Positions 24,369-35,073 of a DNA stretch of 64,000 nucleotides are shown here, piece after piece; position 1 is the first letter of the stretch, and each line of letters starts with the position of its first letter. A model generated the notes under the pieces. It was not told where the DNA came from, did not search any database, and saw only the letters and a list, made by a program, of their open reading frames with translations. Position numbers and translations under genes: made by a program. The stretch spans positions 128,001-192,000 of the forward strand of contig CAWIIP010000002.1 of assembly GCA_963836235.1 (NCBI GenBank), given 5' to 3'. The DNA comes from an uncultured Pseudomonadota bacterium (GTDB lineage Bacteria; Oederibacteriota; Muellerivitia; Muellerivitales; Muellerivitaceae).

Positions 24369-24973
24369 AGGTTTTGTACCGTCCGATATCCCGCCGAAAG
24401 CTTCTCCACGTATTTGGCGAGGAGGTCCGCTTCCACATGCAAATAATCGTCCGCCTTCCTGAATTTCAAATCGGTATTTTGAAGGGTATGGGGGATAAGC
24501 GCCACTTCCACTTCGTCGCCTTTTACCGTCACAACCGTCAAGCTGATCCCATTCAGCGCGATGCTTCCCTTTTCAATTACATAAGGCACGAGTGCGTCAG
24601 GAATCCGAACCTTTAAGCGTGCGCCTTGACCGTCCTGGTTCAATTCCAAGATTTGACCGACACCGTCAACGTGGCCCTGAACAAAATGTCCACCTAAGGG
24701 CTCGCTGAGGGTCAAAGGAGGTTCCAAATTGACGGCCTCCCCTTTTTTCAAAAGTCCAAGCACGGTACGTTTGATCGTCTCTGGAACCGCCTGGAAGGAA
24801 ACAACAGGCGGCTTCACCTCCACCACCGTAAGGCAGCAACCATTGACGGCTACGCTATCCCCAATCCTTAACTTTGGGGACAACCGGGGAGCTTCCAGCG
24901 AAAGCCACAACTCATGACCTTGCTTTTCAGCCTTTAATACAGTCCCCACTTCTTGAATCAGACCCGTGAACAT
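24365..24973 (-). CDS. ribE: Riboflavin synthase alpha chain
   Basis: MFTGLI start, GDSVAVNGCCLTV, GGHFVQGHVDG, KGSIALNGISLTV. Confidence 0.95.
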   Translation of the reverse strand: MFTGLIQEVGTVLKAEKQGHELWLSLEAPRLSPKLRIGDSVAVNGCCLTVVEVKPPVVSFQAVPETIKRTVLGLLKKGEAVNLEPPLTLSEPLGGHFVQGHVDGVGQILELNQDGQGARLKVRIPDALVPYVIEKGSIALNGISLTVVTVKGDEVEVALIPHTLQNTDLKFRKADDYLHVEADLLAKYVEKLSAGYRTVQNL

Positions 24974-24974
24974 T

Positions 24975-26069
24975 TCACATTTTTCCCGTGAGTAAAAAAT
25001 CAATACCAACTTTCCGCACTTGGATATCCTTTAAGTAAGGCGCAGTGTTGGGATTTTCAACACCCACTCCACCCACCCAACCGGGAGCCTTTCCTCCGAA
25101 AATTTTGGGTGAAATAAAGAGATCCACCTCATCAACTTTCTTTTCCCGCAAAAATGAAGCAAATACTTCACCGCCGCCTTCCACTAAAATTGAACGAACC
25201 TGGAGTAAATAAAGCACCTTTAAAACAGCTCTTAACGATAACATCTTTCCTTGTGAAGGCACCCGAAAAACAACCGCACCGCGCTTCACGAGGGCTTTTT
25301 CTTTGGTCTTAGAAGCTATTTGGGAGGTGAAAAGGATGGTTTTCGCCCGGCCTTGTAAAACTTTGGCCCTCAGGCCCAACCGCAAGCGGGAATCTAAAAT
25401 AACTCTAAAAGGCCATCCGTCGTTTCGACGATAGCCGGGAAGCCGAATTGTAAGAGAAGGATTATCCTTCAAAGCCGTGCCACTACCCACCAGGATAGCG
25501 TCGGATTGGACCCGCATTTCGTGGGTTTTCCGGCGAGCTTTTTCCCCCGTAATCCACTTGGACTTACCCGAAACGGTGGCAATTTTTCCATCCAAACTCA
25601 TGGCCGCTTTCAAGATGACCCGAGGCCTTCGATGGGCAACACTAAACAGAAAAGCCCGATTGATTTCTTGCGCTTCTTTTTCCAATACTCCCGTCTGCAC
25701 TTGTATGCCAGCTTCCGTTAACGCTTTGAATCCTCGTCCATTGACCAAGGGAAATGGGTCTTTCATAGCCACCACAACTTTTCGAACTTCCGATTGGATG
25801 ATAGCGTCTACACATGGTGGAGTTTTTCCATAATGGACGCAAGGTTCTAGGGTGATGTATAAAGTTGCGCCTTTAGCCCGCCTTCCGGCCTTCCTAAGCG
25901 TTACCCGCTCGGCGTGGGGGCCGCCATAAGGTTGGGTAGCTCCCTCCGCCACAATCCTGCCCTTCTGAACCAAAACGGCTCCGACCCTGGGATTTGGCGA
26001 AGCATATTTCGCCCGGTTCTGCGCCAGGAAAAGCGCTCGTCTCATAAATTTTAAATCCGCCTGAGCCAC
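24975..26069 (-). CDS. ribD: Riboflavin biosynthesis deaminase/reductase RibD
   Basis: SPNPRVGAV, HAE, TLEPCVHYGKTPPC, SLDGKIA, VEGGG. Start approximate. Confidence 0.95.
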   Translation of the reverse strand: MAQADLKFMRRALFLAQNRAKYASPNPRVGAVLVQKGRIVAEGATQPYGGPHAERVTLRKAGRRAKGATLYITLEPCVHYGKTPPCVDAIIQSEVRKVVVAMKDPFPLVNGRGFKALTEAGIQVQTGVLEKEAQEINRAFLFSVAHRRPRVILKAAMSLDGKIATVSGKSKWITGEKARRKTHEMRVQSDAILVGSGTALKDNPSLTIRLPGYRRNDGWPFRVILDSRLRLGLRAKVLQGRAKTILFTSQIASKTKEKALVKRGAVVFRVPSQGKMLSLRAVLKVLYLLQVRSILVEGGGEVFASFLREKKVDEVDLFISPKIFGGKAPGWVGGVGVENPNTAPYLKDIQVRKVGIDFLLTGKM

Positions 26070-26241
26070 CTCAACCACCGTTTTAAAAATTTTGACCTCG
26101 GGCCACAGTATGCAATAGGCTCCATTGCCAATCAAGGCGTGCCGGCCCTTAGCCATTCCCCTTTTCAAAAAGGATTTCAAAGGTTAAAATCACACCGCTT
26201 TTATAGCCTCCCTATCCTGATTCCAACAAAAGGGGTTTTCA

Positions 26242-26865
26242 ATGCCGACTCTCGTTTTGGTTCGTCACGGCCAATCACAATGGAACTTGGAGAACAAATT
26301 CACCGGGTGGGTGGATGTTCCCCTAACCGAACAGGGAGAAAAAGAGGCTCACCGAGCGGGTCAACTTTTGAAAGGCTCAAAATTTGACATCGCTTTCACT
26401 TCCGATCTTCAACGCGCCCAAAAAACGTTAAATATCATTCTTCAGGAAATCAGCCAGACCAATCTCATGATTATTAAGGACAAGGCTCTCAACGAGCGAC
26501 ATTACGGCGCCCTCCAGGGTTTGAACAAGGCTGAGACCACCCAGAAATACGGCGAGGAGCAAGTCAAGATCTGGCGTCGTAGCTATGACGTGCCCCCGCC
26601 CAAGGACAATACCGGTTATTCCGAATCCCTCAAGGATACCGCCGCCCGGACCCTTCCCTATTTTGACCACAAAATCGTGCCCTACTTGAAAGACGGAAAA
26701 AACGTCCTCGTTGCCGCCCATGGCAATTCCTTGCGGTCCATCGTCATGCACCTGGAAAATCTGACCAAGGAACAGGTTCTGGAATTGAACCTTGATACCG
26801 GCGTTCCCCGGGTTTACGAATTGGACAAAAACTTGAAGATTCTTTCCTCAAAAGACCTGAAGTAA
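26242..26865 (+). CDS. gpmA: 2,3-bisphosphoglycerate-dependent phosphoglycerate mutase
   Basis: [34 protein letters not shown]. Confidence 0.96.
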   Translation: MPTLVLVRHGQSQWNLENKFTGWVDVPLTEQGEKEAHRAGQLLKGSKFDIAFTSDLQRAQKTLNIILQEISQTNLMIIKDKALNERHYGALQGLNKAETTQKYGEEQVKIWRRSYDVPPPKDNTGYSESLKDTAARTLPYFDHKIVPYLKDGKNVLVAAHGNSLRSIVMHLENLTKEQVLELNLDTGVPRVYELDKNLKILSSKDLK

Positions 26866-26879
26866 AGCTAACAGTCGAA

Positions 26880-27770
26880 ATGAATAAAACAGGGAAGATA
26901 TCGCAGTCCATCTATTGCCTTCTGGTCATTGCTCTCTTGGCCTTGAACTGTCTTTGTGGTTGTGCCCCCCATCGCTTTGCCCTCAAGCCTTCCTCTGCTC
27001 CCGCTCCCTCCCCACCCCCGCCCCAACCTCCCGTTTTAACTATTGACCAACTTTTTGGGCTTCAAAGACCACCTGATCTTATCCGCGACAACGATTCGGA
27101 CCAATATGCGCAGCGGCCCGTCATGGAAAGCTTTTGGAAGCTAAAGGAGAAGGCGGCCCAGGACGGCTGGCGTTTGATCCTAGTTTCGGGTTACAGGTCT
27201 TTTAGCCACCAACGCCACATTTGGAACCACTTTGACTCCCTTTATAAAAAAACAGACAACTTGGACGAAAAAGGACGGGCAAGGGCGGTTATGAGCTTAG
27301 TCTCGGTACCTGGACTTTCCCGGCATCATTGGGGTACCGAACTGGATATATCGGAGGCCAGCTTGAGAGGACAGTTAGTGAACGTGCACCCCGATACTCC
27401 GAGTAAGGTAGTCCAGTTTTACGATTGGATGGAACAAAACGCGCCTTTATTTGGTTTTTGCAAGACTTACGTCGGAAAACATGGGGCAGTAAGGGATGAA
27501 CCTTGGCATTGGAGCTACTTACCTTTTTCCAGGGTTTACCAACAGCAGTTTATGGCGATAAAAGATTTCCACGAAATCATGAACGACAAAGTTTTCAATG
27601 TTGGTTTCTTGATGAAGAATTTTCCGAAGATATTGAAACAGGAGATTCGGTCCATCAATAGCGAATGCTTTCCGGGAGAACCAACCGAAAAAAGTCAAAA
27701 CTCCGGCGTGGAAACGGAAGGCAAGGGACAACTACCCCCAACCCCGAAAGGCGCTGAAGGGGCGGATTAA
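26880..27770 (+). CDS. M15/VanY-like D-Ala-D-Ala carboxypeptidase lipoprotein
   Basis: Lipobox LCGC, SGYRSF..Q, PGLSRHHWGTELD, EPWHWSY. Confidence 0.88.
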   Translation: MNKTGKISQSIYCLLVIALLALNCLCGCAPHRFALKPSSAPAPSPPPPQPPVLTIDQLFGLQRPPDLIRDNDSDQYAQRPVMESFWKLKEKAAQDGWRLILVSGYRSFSHQRHIWNHFDSLYKKTDNLDEKGRARAVMSLVSVPGLSRHHWGTELDISEASLRGQLVNVHPDTPSKVVQFYDWMEQNAPLFGFCKTYVGKHGAVRDEPWHWSYLPFSRVYQQQFMAIKDFHEIMNDKVFNVGFLMKNFPKILKQEIRSINSECFPGEPTEKSQNSGVETEGKGQLPPTPKGAEGAD

Positions 27771-27832
27771 GTTCTTTGATCAGATACGGTCACTTATGGC
27801 GCCTCGGATTCCATCCCCAAATGAATTCGTCT

Positions 27833-28708
27833 CTACTTTTTGAGCCCGATAACCTTGAGGGGATAGTTTGAGTTTTGAACCCTTAAGCGGTCCCCCAATC
27901 GGAAGGGATAAGCCAAGTTGGCTCCATCGATAAAAAGCCGACCCTCCTTCATGCGGGAAACCACTTCTAAAATTCTACCCGGTTCCAATACTCCTTTTAA
28001 CAAATGGCGGGTTCCAAATTTCTTTTGATAGGCTTCTCGAACCACGTACTGGAATTTTCCGGAGGTGGGCGGCAAGGCCTTTCCCCCCGCCGAGAAAATA
28101 GCTGCCGTGGAGCCCGCAGCCGTGCTGATCCAGATGCCACTCGACATCTGCTCCTCGGCCCGGGAACCAACTTTAAGAACGTAACGGGAAGTACCGGCGG
28201 GGCTCAAGGTGGTCACCAATAGGTCGTTTAAAACCAGCCAAGGGTTCTTTCGGCCGTTCACCCAAAACTCAAGCCGGGGAACCGCGGTCGGCTTTAACCT
28301 GCCATCGAGATAGGTTTTTAAAACCATTGGAAAGGTCTTTAAATTACAACCGCTAAAGCGGGCCACGCTTCTTAAGGGATCGGAATTGACTCCCAAGATC
28401 GGAACCCGAACAGCATGATGGGAAGCGTCCAGTAACGTTCCGTCTCCACCCACAGAAACGAGAAATTTGAACTTTCCATCCACTCCCTTTTCGCGGTGAA
28501 CCTGGTCTCGGAGAACCAGGGTCACATTCATTCCTTCTTTTTCCAAAGCTTCCCTGACGCCATTCAGAGTAAGATTGTGGCGTTGATGGCTTCCCAAAAC
28601 GATGTCCCAGTAGCCGCCCTTTTTCAAGCTTTTAGCCAACTGGTTTTTGGATAGGTATTGGCTATAGGCGCTTTCTTTATAAACAACCAAAACTCGTGGT
28701 CTGGACAT
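27833..28708 (-). CDS. nadK: NAD(+)/NADH kinase
   Basis: VGGDGTLL, LND, SSGIWISTAAGSTA. Confidence 0.88.
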   Translation of the reverse strand: MSRPRVLVVYKESAYSQYLSKNQLAKSLKKGGYWDIVLGSHQRHNLTLNGVREALEKEGMNVTLVLRDQVHREKGVDGKFKFLVSVGGDGTLLDASHHAVRVPILGVNSDPLRSVARFSGCNLKTFPMVLKTYLDGRLKPTAVPRLEFWVNGRKNPWLVLNDLLVTTLSPAGTSRYVLKVGSRAEEQMSSGIWISTAAGSTAAIFSAGGKALPPTSGKFQYVVREAYQKKFGTRHLLKGVLEPGRILEVVSRMKEGRLFIDGANLAYPFRLGDRLRVQNSNYPLKVIGLKK

Positions 28709-28716
28709 GAAATATC

Positions 28717-29316
28717 CTAATTCAGTAGGAATTGCTTGAGGGACACGAAACCCACCCGGATCATCATAACCGCGTAAGCGGCCAAAAGAAGCGCGGCTAG
28801 TTTGGATAGTACCCGGGTGCCAGTCAGGCCCATCCACTGCATGAGTACGGTGGATTTACGGAAAATGGACCAGGACAGGAACAAGTTCAAAATGAGGCAA
28901 CACCCGATCTCGACGACAGAAAACCTATCCCGAAGAAGAATAAGAGTCGCAAAAACCGCGGGACCTACCAAAAGCGGAATTCCGAAAGGCACGATCCCCG
29001 TCGCTTCCGAGGACTCACTCATGGCCATCATTTTCTGGTCCCACACCACGTCACGTAAAGCTACCACAAGGACCAAAAGACCGCCCGCCACCTGAAAGTC
29101 GCCGTTTTTAAGACCCAATACATCCAGCACCAGGGGGCCCAGTGGAATAAAGAGAAGACCGACCATTCCGGCCGTCAGAATGGAAAGGTTCAACATCTTC
29201 TGCCTTCTGGCAGGGGAAAGATCGGAGGTCATTTGGATAAAAATCGGCAGGACGCCCAAAGGATCCATAGCCACAAAGAGGGGGAGAAAAAGGCTGAGGA
29301 AGTCGGAGAAGGTCAT
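28717..29316 (-). CDS. MarC-family membrane protein
   Basis: LFVAMDPLG, FQVAGG, VPFGIPLLVGP; multiple TM helices. Confidence 0.9.
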   Translation of the reverse strand: MTFSDFLSLFLPLFVAMDPLGVLPIFIQMTSDLSPARRQKMLNLSILTAGMVGLLFIPLGPLVLDVLGLKNGDFQVAGGLLVLVVALRDVVWDQKMMAMSESSEATGIVPFGIPLLVGPAVFATLILLRDRFSVVEIGCCLILNLFLSWSIFRKSTVLMQWMGLTGTRVLSKLAALLLAAYAVMMIRVGFVSLKQFLLN

Positions 29317-29390
29317 AGCGCCTCGAATAAAATGATTCCCATGTTGCCATTATAAGGCGGAGAGAGTTCCTGGTCGGAAAACCTCTAAAC

Positions 29391-31661
29391 TTATTTGGTT
29401 TTCATTACAAAAACACCATCCCAATTAACGCCGGGAGGGTCTTGTTTGAGATGATGACACCGTTTCACGAAAATCTCAGCGGGGCCGTCTTTCGGGTCCA
29501 AGTCCAAACAATTTTTGAAGCATTTGACCGCCTCGTCCCATTTTTGGGTGCGGTAGAAAGCCAGGCCCTCTTCAAAAGCCTTCACTTTCATTTCTTTGGC
29601 GCCCGCGCCTTTCAAACGGTGGTCCACCAATTCGTAAATGCGGATCGGCTCGTTTTTCCCCTTCACCTTGATCAGGTCCAGTTCGCGGCAAAGCATGTCA
29701 TTTTTTACTTGTACATAGGTGGTTTCAGAAATGATGATTTCCACGTGATATTCTTTCGTGGTCCCTTCCAGGCGGCTTCCCAAATTGACCGCATCACCGA
29801 TAAGGGTATAGCTTTTCATGGATTCGGACCCCACGAACCCTACGACCATGGGCCCGCTATTCAATCCGACCCCGATCTCGAGTTTTTCCTTGCCTTCTAA
29901 TTCCCATTTGGGATGCAGGACCGTATGTAGCAAATCCACCATTCCGAGCGCCGTACTGCAGGCCCGATAAGCGTTGTCCTGTTGAACTGTTGGCGCCCCC
30001 CAGAAGGCCATAATGGCGTCGCCGATGTACTTGTCTAAAGTGCCCTCGGTCTGGAAAACCAGGTAGGTCATCTGGGTCAAATATTCGTTGAGAATCTCAA
30101 CCACATCGTGGGGTTTATGTTTTTCGGAGAAAGTCGTGAATCCGCGAACATCGGAAAACATGACGGTCAGGTTCTTTTCTTCCCCGCCCAGCTCGATTCC
30201 CGCCGGCAGTTTCAGGATTTCTTCGACAACTTGAGGCGCTACCATACTCTGGAACATCTGCTTCATGTAGCGGCTATGGCGCACTTCCGTACGGAACTTG
30301 TAGGTAGTCAGCATGAGGAAAGTTACGACTAATGCCGCGGAGGGATAGGCCAAGTTGACCACATAGTTGAATTGACCAAAAAGGACACAGGCCACCGCGA
30401 AGTAAATGATGAAGACGAGGAGAAACCAAACCGTGCCCATGATGGGGGTCAGACGGGGGATCAAGTACCACATGAGCATGGCCGCCACTACGATTAGAGC
30501 CAGGGTCAAAGGTTCAGGGGCTTTCCTGAGGAAATTTCCGGAGATGGCGTTTTCCAGGACGTTGGCGTTGACATCCATCCCGGGCGCATTGTGGGTAAAA
30601 GGCGTGGGCCTCAAGTCGAAAAGCCCCGTGGCTGTCGCCCCGAAAATCACCACCGAATCCTTCAACTCCTCGGGCTTGATCCGGCCGTTCAACAAATCAC
30701 TAGCGGAATAGGTGGGAAAAGTGAAAGTTGGCGGATTCTTTCCGTAATCGATGAAAGGCCCGCAATAATTGATAAGGGCGATGCCCAGGTCCTGGATGGG
30801 GATTTGGTGCTTCCCTACCTTCACGTATTCTCCCATGTTAAACTTGATCGGATCCTTGTCCCCCAGGAAGTAGCGGGCCATCTGGAGTGACGCATGGGGA
30901 ATCAATTTTCCCTGGTAGGAAAGGACTGTCGGATAATAACGATAGATTCCATCCCAATAAGGGAACACGGTCGTGTGGCCCGAGTCCAGCGCGGATTGCT
31001 GTAGGAGAGGTATGGAAACGAGTAATGACTTGGCGTTGATCAAATCATCGGTTGATCCCCCGAACAACTCCGCCGGGGTGAAATGAAGCTTCCGGGGGTC
31101 GGGGATGGATCCCTCGGTTTCGGAGACATAGGGCTCGATCAAGAGGAAAACATTGCCCGCCTCCCGGATCGCCGCCGCCAATTGGGCGTCCCCGTCCTCC
31201 GACTCTTGAAACTTCTTGACGTCCGACCGGACCTTCTCCCGCATCGAGTTGGCCGTTTTGGAGGAACCCTTGAGTGAGGCTCCCAAAACTTCGTCCAGTT
31301 GGGCGAGCATTTTTTCCTGGGTGCGTTCGGGTTCCGGGAAAAAGACGTCGTAAAAAACGAATTTAACACCGTCCGCCTTGAGAAGACGGACAATCTTGGC
31401 GTGGGTGGCCCGGGGCCAGGGCCATTGGCCCACTTCCTTCAGGCTTTTCTCGTCTACCGTGATCAATTTAATGGGAGCCTGGGGAACCCTGGCACCGCGG
31501 ACGGAGAAACGTAAGTCGATCGTCTTGTTTTCCAGCAAAACAAAAAAACTAAAATCCTGGTTTTCACATGCGAAAAGAAGGAGGATCACCCCGAAGGCCA
31601 TCCAAAAAGCGGTTTTTTTGCTGTAATTAACTTTGATTTCTTTGGCTTGGGGCTGGGGCAT
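29391..31661 (-). CDS. CHASE2-domain class III adenylate/guanylate cyclase
   Basis: GQWPWPR CHASE2 motif, three TM helices, FSDVRGFT, DKYIGDAIMAFWGAP, GDAVNLGSRLE. Confidence 0.93.
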   Translation of the reverse strand: MPQPQAKEIKVNYSKKTAFWMAFGVILLLFACENQDFSFFVLLENKTIDLRFSVRGARVPQAPIKLITVDEKSLKEVGQWPWPRATHAKIVRLLKADGVKFVFYDVFFPEPERTQEKMLAQLDEVLGASLKGSSKTANSMREKVRSDVKKFQESEDGDAQLAAAIREAGNVFLLIEPYVSETEGSIPDPRKLHFTPAELFGGSTDDLINAKSLLVSIPLLQQSALDSGHTTVFPYWDGIYRYYPTVLSYQGKLIPHASLQMARYFLGDKDPIKFNMGEYVKVGKHQIPIQDLGIALINYCGPFIDYGKNPPTFTFPTYSASDLLNGRIKPEELKDSVVIFGATATGLFDLRPTPFTHNAPGMDVNANVLENAISGNFLRKAPEPLTLALIVVAAMLMWYLIPRLTPIMGTVWFLLVFIIYFAVACVLFGQFNYVVNLAYPSAALVVTFLMLTTYKFRTEVRHSRYMKQMFQSMVAPQVVEEILKLPAGIELGGEEKNLTVMFSDVRGFTTFSEKHKPHDVVEILNEYLTQMTYLVFQTEGTLDKYIGDAIMAFWGAPTVQQDNAYRACSTALGMVDLLHTVLHPKWELEGKEKLEIGVGLNSGPMVVGFVGSESMKSYTLIGDAVNLGSRLEGTTKEYHVEIIISETTYVQVKNDMLCRELDLIKVKGKNEPIRIYELVDHRLKGAGAKEMKVKAFEEGLAFYRTQKWDEAVKCFKNCLDLDPKDGPAEIFVKRCHHLKQDPPGVNWDGVFVMKTK

Positions 31662-31750
31662 GGCTGCATTCTATGTTTGACCCAACAAAGGGTCAAACAG
31701 TTTTGAATTCTTAACTCGGAATTTTAACTGAATGTAACCGTGTTTCGAGG

Positions 31751-32548
31751 CTAAGAGGACGCCGATCTGTACCGCTGAAGACCCTTCTTCCAAATCCACA
31801 CCGTAAAAGCCATAAACGAAAGTCCTAAGGCAAATCCGTAGAATATCCAGCCGCTTTCCAGCTTATGAATCAGGAGCCCGGCTGGGAAATTGGAAACGAT
31901 CAGCATCGGGATTACCGTCATCAACACCCGGCGGATCAACCAGGGGTAAATATCCCCGGGATAGCGGGAAAATTGACCGAACTGCCAATAAAGCTCCATG
32001 AGGTTGTTGGAGCGCCCGATCCAAAAGGTCCAAACCGAAAGGGTGAAAAGCATGGCGTAATAAATAAGGACGCTGTTCACAACGAGGGCGGCGAAAAGAA
32101 CCGCTTCCCCTAAACTAACGGTCGCCCCCATTTTATGCAGCGCGAAAAGGATCACCCCAACACCAATCGAGCTATTGGCGATGGAAGAATAATCGGTATA
32201 GCGCAACGACACCAGGAACTGGGTGTTGATAGGCTTGATCAGGTTGAAATCCAGGTCACCTTGGCGGATCTGGTCCGTCAGCCTTGTACAGTTATCGTAA
32301 AAGAGCGCCTCGAAAAGTTGGGTGATGACGTGATTGGTGCCGGCCAAAACGACCATCTCCCATAAAGTCCAACCCGCGATTTCCTTCGTCTGCCCGAAAA
32401 TGACCCCTATATAAACAAACTGCATCGCCAGCCACATGAATTCGGTGACAAGGCGGATCAGGAAATTGGACTTGAACTGCATTTCCCGGATCAGGCAGTT
32501 TTTCATCATTAAGCCGGTCAGCCGCAGATATCTTCCCAATGGGTTCAT
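31751..32548 (-). CDS. ABC-2 family permease (DUF990-like)
   Basis: IAGW, IRQGDLDFNLIKP, RYP, WKKGLQRYRSASS. Confidence 0.88.
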   Translation of the reverse strand: MNPLGRYLRLTGLMMKNCLIREMQFKSNFLIRLVTEFMWLAMQFVYIGVIFGQTKEIAGWTLWEMVVLAGTNHVITQLFEALFYDNCTRLTDQIRQGDLDFNLIKPINTQFLVSLRYTDYSSIANSSIGVGVILFALHKMGATVSLGEAVLFAALVVNSVLIYYAMLFTLSVWTFWIGRSNNLMELYWQFGQFSRYPGDIYPWLIRRVLMTVIPMLIVSNFPAGLLIHKLESGWIFYGFALGLSFMAFTVWIWKKGLQRYRSASS

Positions 32549-32549
32549 T

Positions 32550-33404
32550 TCATCCCCCCACCGCCGAATAGCGTTTTAGGCCCGTCTTCCACGTGGCCTG
32601 ACTGATCAAGTAAAAAACGCCCACCCATAAAAATCCGATTCCCAGCACCTGGGGCAATTGGGCTTGGGATACCTTCCCCATCAAAATCATACAGGGCCAA
32701 TAGCCCTCATAGCCAAAAGGGGAAAGGGATAAAAAGGGCTGCATGGCCGCGGGCAGGATGTTCAACGGAATCATTTGGCCCGAAAGGAAAAACTCGATCA
32801 TCATCACCACGAAAAGGAAGGTCGATATTTCCAGAAACCAAAAAGCGAGGGTTCCAATGACGAAGCAAAAAAGCATCCCGATGGCAAAAGCGATGACCAA
32901 TGAAACCACGAAGGCAGCCCATTCCCACAAGGTGGGGATATGGCTGAAAAAATGCCGCATCAGGAAAAAAATAGGCGGAAAGGTGAAAAGAGCCACGTAC
33001 CAGAAAACCAATTTATGGGCCAGGCGGTACATCACTTGATACCACAGGTAACTGATCGGCCGGATAAGGTAACGGTTGAGCAGACCGTCCTTGATATCCT
33101 TGGTGATGTCCGATGTGGTGCCGGGAACGCTGGAGAAGCCCCGGGCGATATACATCAACGCGTTATAGGTGACCATATCGGCATAGCTCATGCCCATAAT
33201 GTTAGGGGTGCCGCCTCCGGTCTTGCGGGATTGATAAACGGCGTACCAGAGAAAAATCAAGGTCACCAAGGGCAGGAAGCGGAAAACCGCCCCGAAGACA
33301 TAATTAGCCCGGTAGGACATATCCTCTTGGGTGCGGGTCGAAAGGATAACCCAGTATTTGTGAAGGGGGGACTTGGATAAGGTTGTCGAGGTTGGAATCG
33401 CCAT
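32550..33404 (-). CDS. ABC-2 family permease (DUF990-like)
   Basis: YRANY, IKDGLLNRYLIRP, LSGQMIPL, GLKRYSAVGG. Confidence 0.88.
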   Translation of the reverse strand: MAIPTSTTLSKSPLHKYWVILSTRTQEDMSYRANYVFGAVFRFLPLVTLIFLWYAVYQSRKTGGGTPNIMGMSYADMVTYNALMYIARGFSSVPGTTSDITKDIKDGLLNRYLIRPISYLWYQVMYRLAHKLVFWYVALFTFPPIFFLMRHFFSHIPTLWEWAAFVVSLVIAFAIGMLFCFVIGTLAFWFLEISTFLFVVMMIEFFLSGQMIPLNILPAAMQPFLSLSPFGYEGYWPCMILMGKVSQAQLPQVLGIGFLWVGVFYLISQATWKTGLKRYSAVGG

Positions 33405-34387
33405 TAGCTCTCAGATCCTTTAAAGACCTTCTCGATTACTTCCTCGATCGGCACTTCCTCAATATTGATATCATCTACGTCGAATTGGTTCAAAATCTCG
33501 TTGGAGGCGCTTTTCACCTTTTCCCTCGGTACCTTCAAAACCGATTTCGCCTTGGTATATTCCAGCACTTCCCCCAGGGCCGCCATCTGCTCCCGGCTCA
33601 CCCCCCCGTTTTTAAAAGAAACCGAAATCAACTTGGTTTGGGAGAATTTTTCCACCACATCGTCTAGTCGCCCGTCGAATATCTTTTTCCCATGATTGAT
33701 GACGACCACTCTTTCGCAAAGCGCCTGGATGTCGTTCATATAATGGCTCGTGAGGAGAATGGTTGTCTTGGTGCGACGGTTATAATCCTTGATGAATTCC
33801 CGGATGTTCTTTTGGGCCACAACATCCAATCCGATAGTAGGCTCGTCCAGAAACAAAACCCGGGGGCGGTGCAAAAGGGACGCGATCAGCTCGAATTTCA
33901 TGCGCTCTCCCAGAGAAAGTTCGCGCACCATGATCCCCAGGAGTTTTTTCACCTGCAAAAGCTCCGTCATTTCGTCCAAGACCTTTTGATAGGCCTCATC
34001 CTCCACCCCATAGATTTCTTTATTGAGGTAAAGGGATTCTTGGGCTGGCAGGTCCCACCAAAGCTGGTTTTTCTGGCCCATCACCAGCGCGAATTGGCGG
34101 CGATATTCATTTTTGCGTTCCCAGGGAGTGAATCCCATGACTTTCGCGGTTCCCGAAGTCGGAAAGAGAATTCCGGAGAGCATTTTTAAAGTGGTAGTCT
34201 TCCCCGCCCCATTAGGGCCCAGGAAGCCGACCAACTCTCCCTCTTCGATGTTAAAGGAAACTCCATCCACCGCTCGCACTTCGGTATATTCCCGATTAAA
34301 GAGGCCTTTAAAGGCCCCGCCCAAGCCTGGAAGGCGTTTTTGAGTGCGATAGATTTTGCTGAGGTTTTCCACTTCAATAATAGGCAT
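33404..34387 (-). CDS. ABC transporter ATP-binding protein
   Basis: GPNGAGKTT, LSLGERMK, FLDEPTIGLD, TSH. Confidence 0.94.
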   Translation of the reverse strand: MPIIEVENLSKIYRTQKRLPGLGGAFKGLFNREYTEVRAVDGVSFNIEEGELVGFLGPNGAGKTTTLKMLSGILFPTSGTAKVMGFTPWERKNEYRRQFALVMGQKNQLWWDLPAQESLYLNKEIYGVEDEAYQKVLDEMTELLQVKKLLGIMVRELSLGERMKFELIASLLHRPRVLFLDEPTIGLDVVAQKNIREFIKDYNRRTKTTILLTSHYMNDIQALCERVVVINHGKKIFDGRLDDVVEKFSQTKLISVSFKNGGVSREQMAALGEVLEYTKAKSVLKVPREKVKSASNEILNQFDVDDINIEEVPIEEVIEKVFKGSES

Positions 34388-34508
34388 TGGGAGGCGTCCT
34401 CTTTCTTTTTGGTGAGTGGCGGTTATTATAGGAACCGCCATAAGCCTCAAACAAGGCAAGCCACAAAATATTTAGCCGTAAATCGAGGCGAATTTTAGTT
34501 GTAAGTCT

Positions 34509-34868
34509 TTAAGTGACGATTTGCCAATTCCCCACTTCCAGCTGGGACGGCAAGAAGTAGGCCTTCCCATCGGGTTGGGTCGTTTTGGTGTAGGTGACGC
34601 TGTTGGAGGGTGGGATCGCCTGGACCGACAAGCCCGTGACCGGAAAGGAATTAAGGACAGGGGTTGAGCCGGGCGTGGGGTAGGTGAGGTAATTATCGGT
34701 GACATAGACCTCAAGCGGCCCTGAGATTGGCAAGGGAGTTGGCGTGGCCTGGTTCAACGAGGGGGCGTCCGCCGCGGTGGGTACGTTTTTTTTACAGCCG
34801 TCGAGCAAAGCGAAGCCACAAGCGAGAGAAACGATTACCGACACGACCAGCATATTTTTCTTTTTCAC
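34509..34868 (-). CDS. Lipoprotein, probably C-terminally truncated
   Basis: Lipobox LDGC and a Pro/Thr segment; ends abruptly in a beta-rich segment (VGNWQIVT). Confidence 0.55.
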   Translation of the reverse strand: MKKKNMLVVSVIVSLACGFALLDGCKKNVPTAADAPSLNQATPTPLPISGPLEVYVTDNYLTYPTPGSTPVLNSFPVTGLSVQAIPPSNSVTYTKTTQPDGKAYFLPSQLEVGNWQIVT

Positions 34869-34887
34869 ACGAACCCCTATTGAATTA

Positions 34888-35073
34888 CTAGACCTTGTTT
34901 TTCCTCTGATACCTTGCGTCAAGTTCCTGCTTTACGATTTCCGAAATAGTAAGCCGCCTGCCCCTCGAAGCTTCCTTGGAGATCTCCTCTTCCATCATTT
35001 CCTTGTGCATCGGCAGGACCATCGCGTGTAAACGAACGAGCTTGATCCTTTTGTTTTCCTTTGCTTGTTCCAT
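34888..35073 (-). CDS. Small putative ribbon-helix-helix DNA-binding protein
   Basis: 61 aa; beta-strand VRLHAMV, helix, then TISEIVKQELD; GAGG RBS. Confidence 0.5.
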   Translation of the reverse strand: MEQAKENKRIKLVRLHAMVLPMHKEMMEEEISKEASRGRRLTISEIVKQELDARYQRKNKV

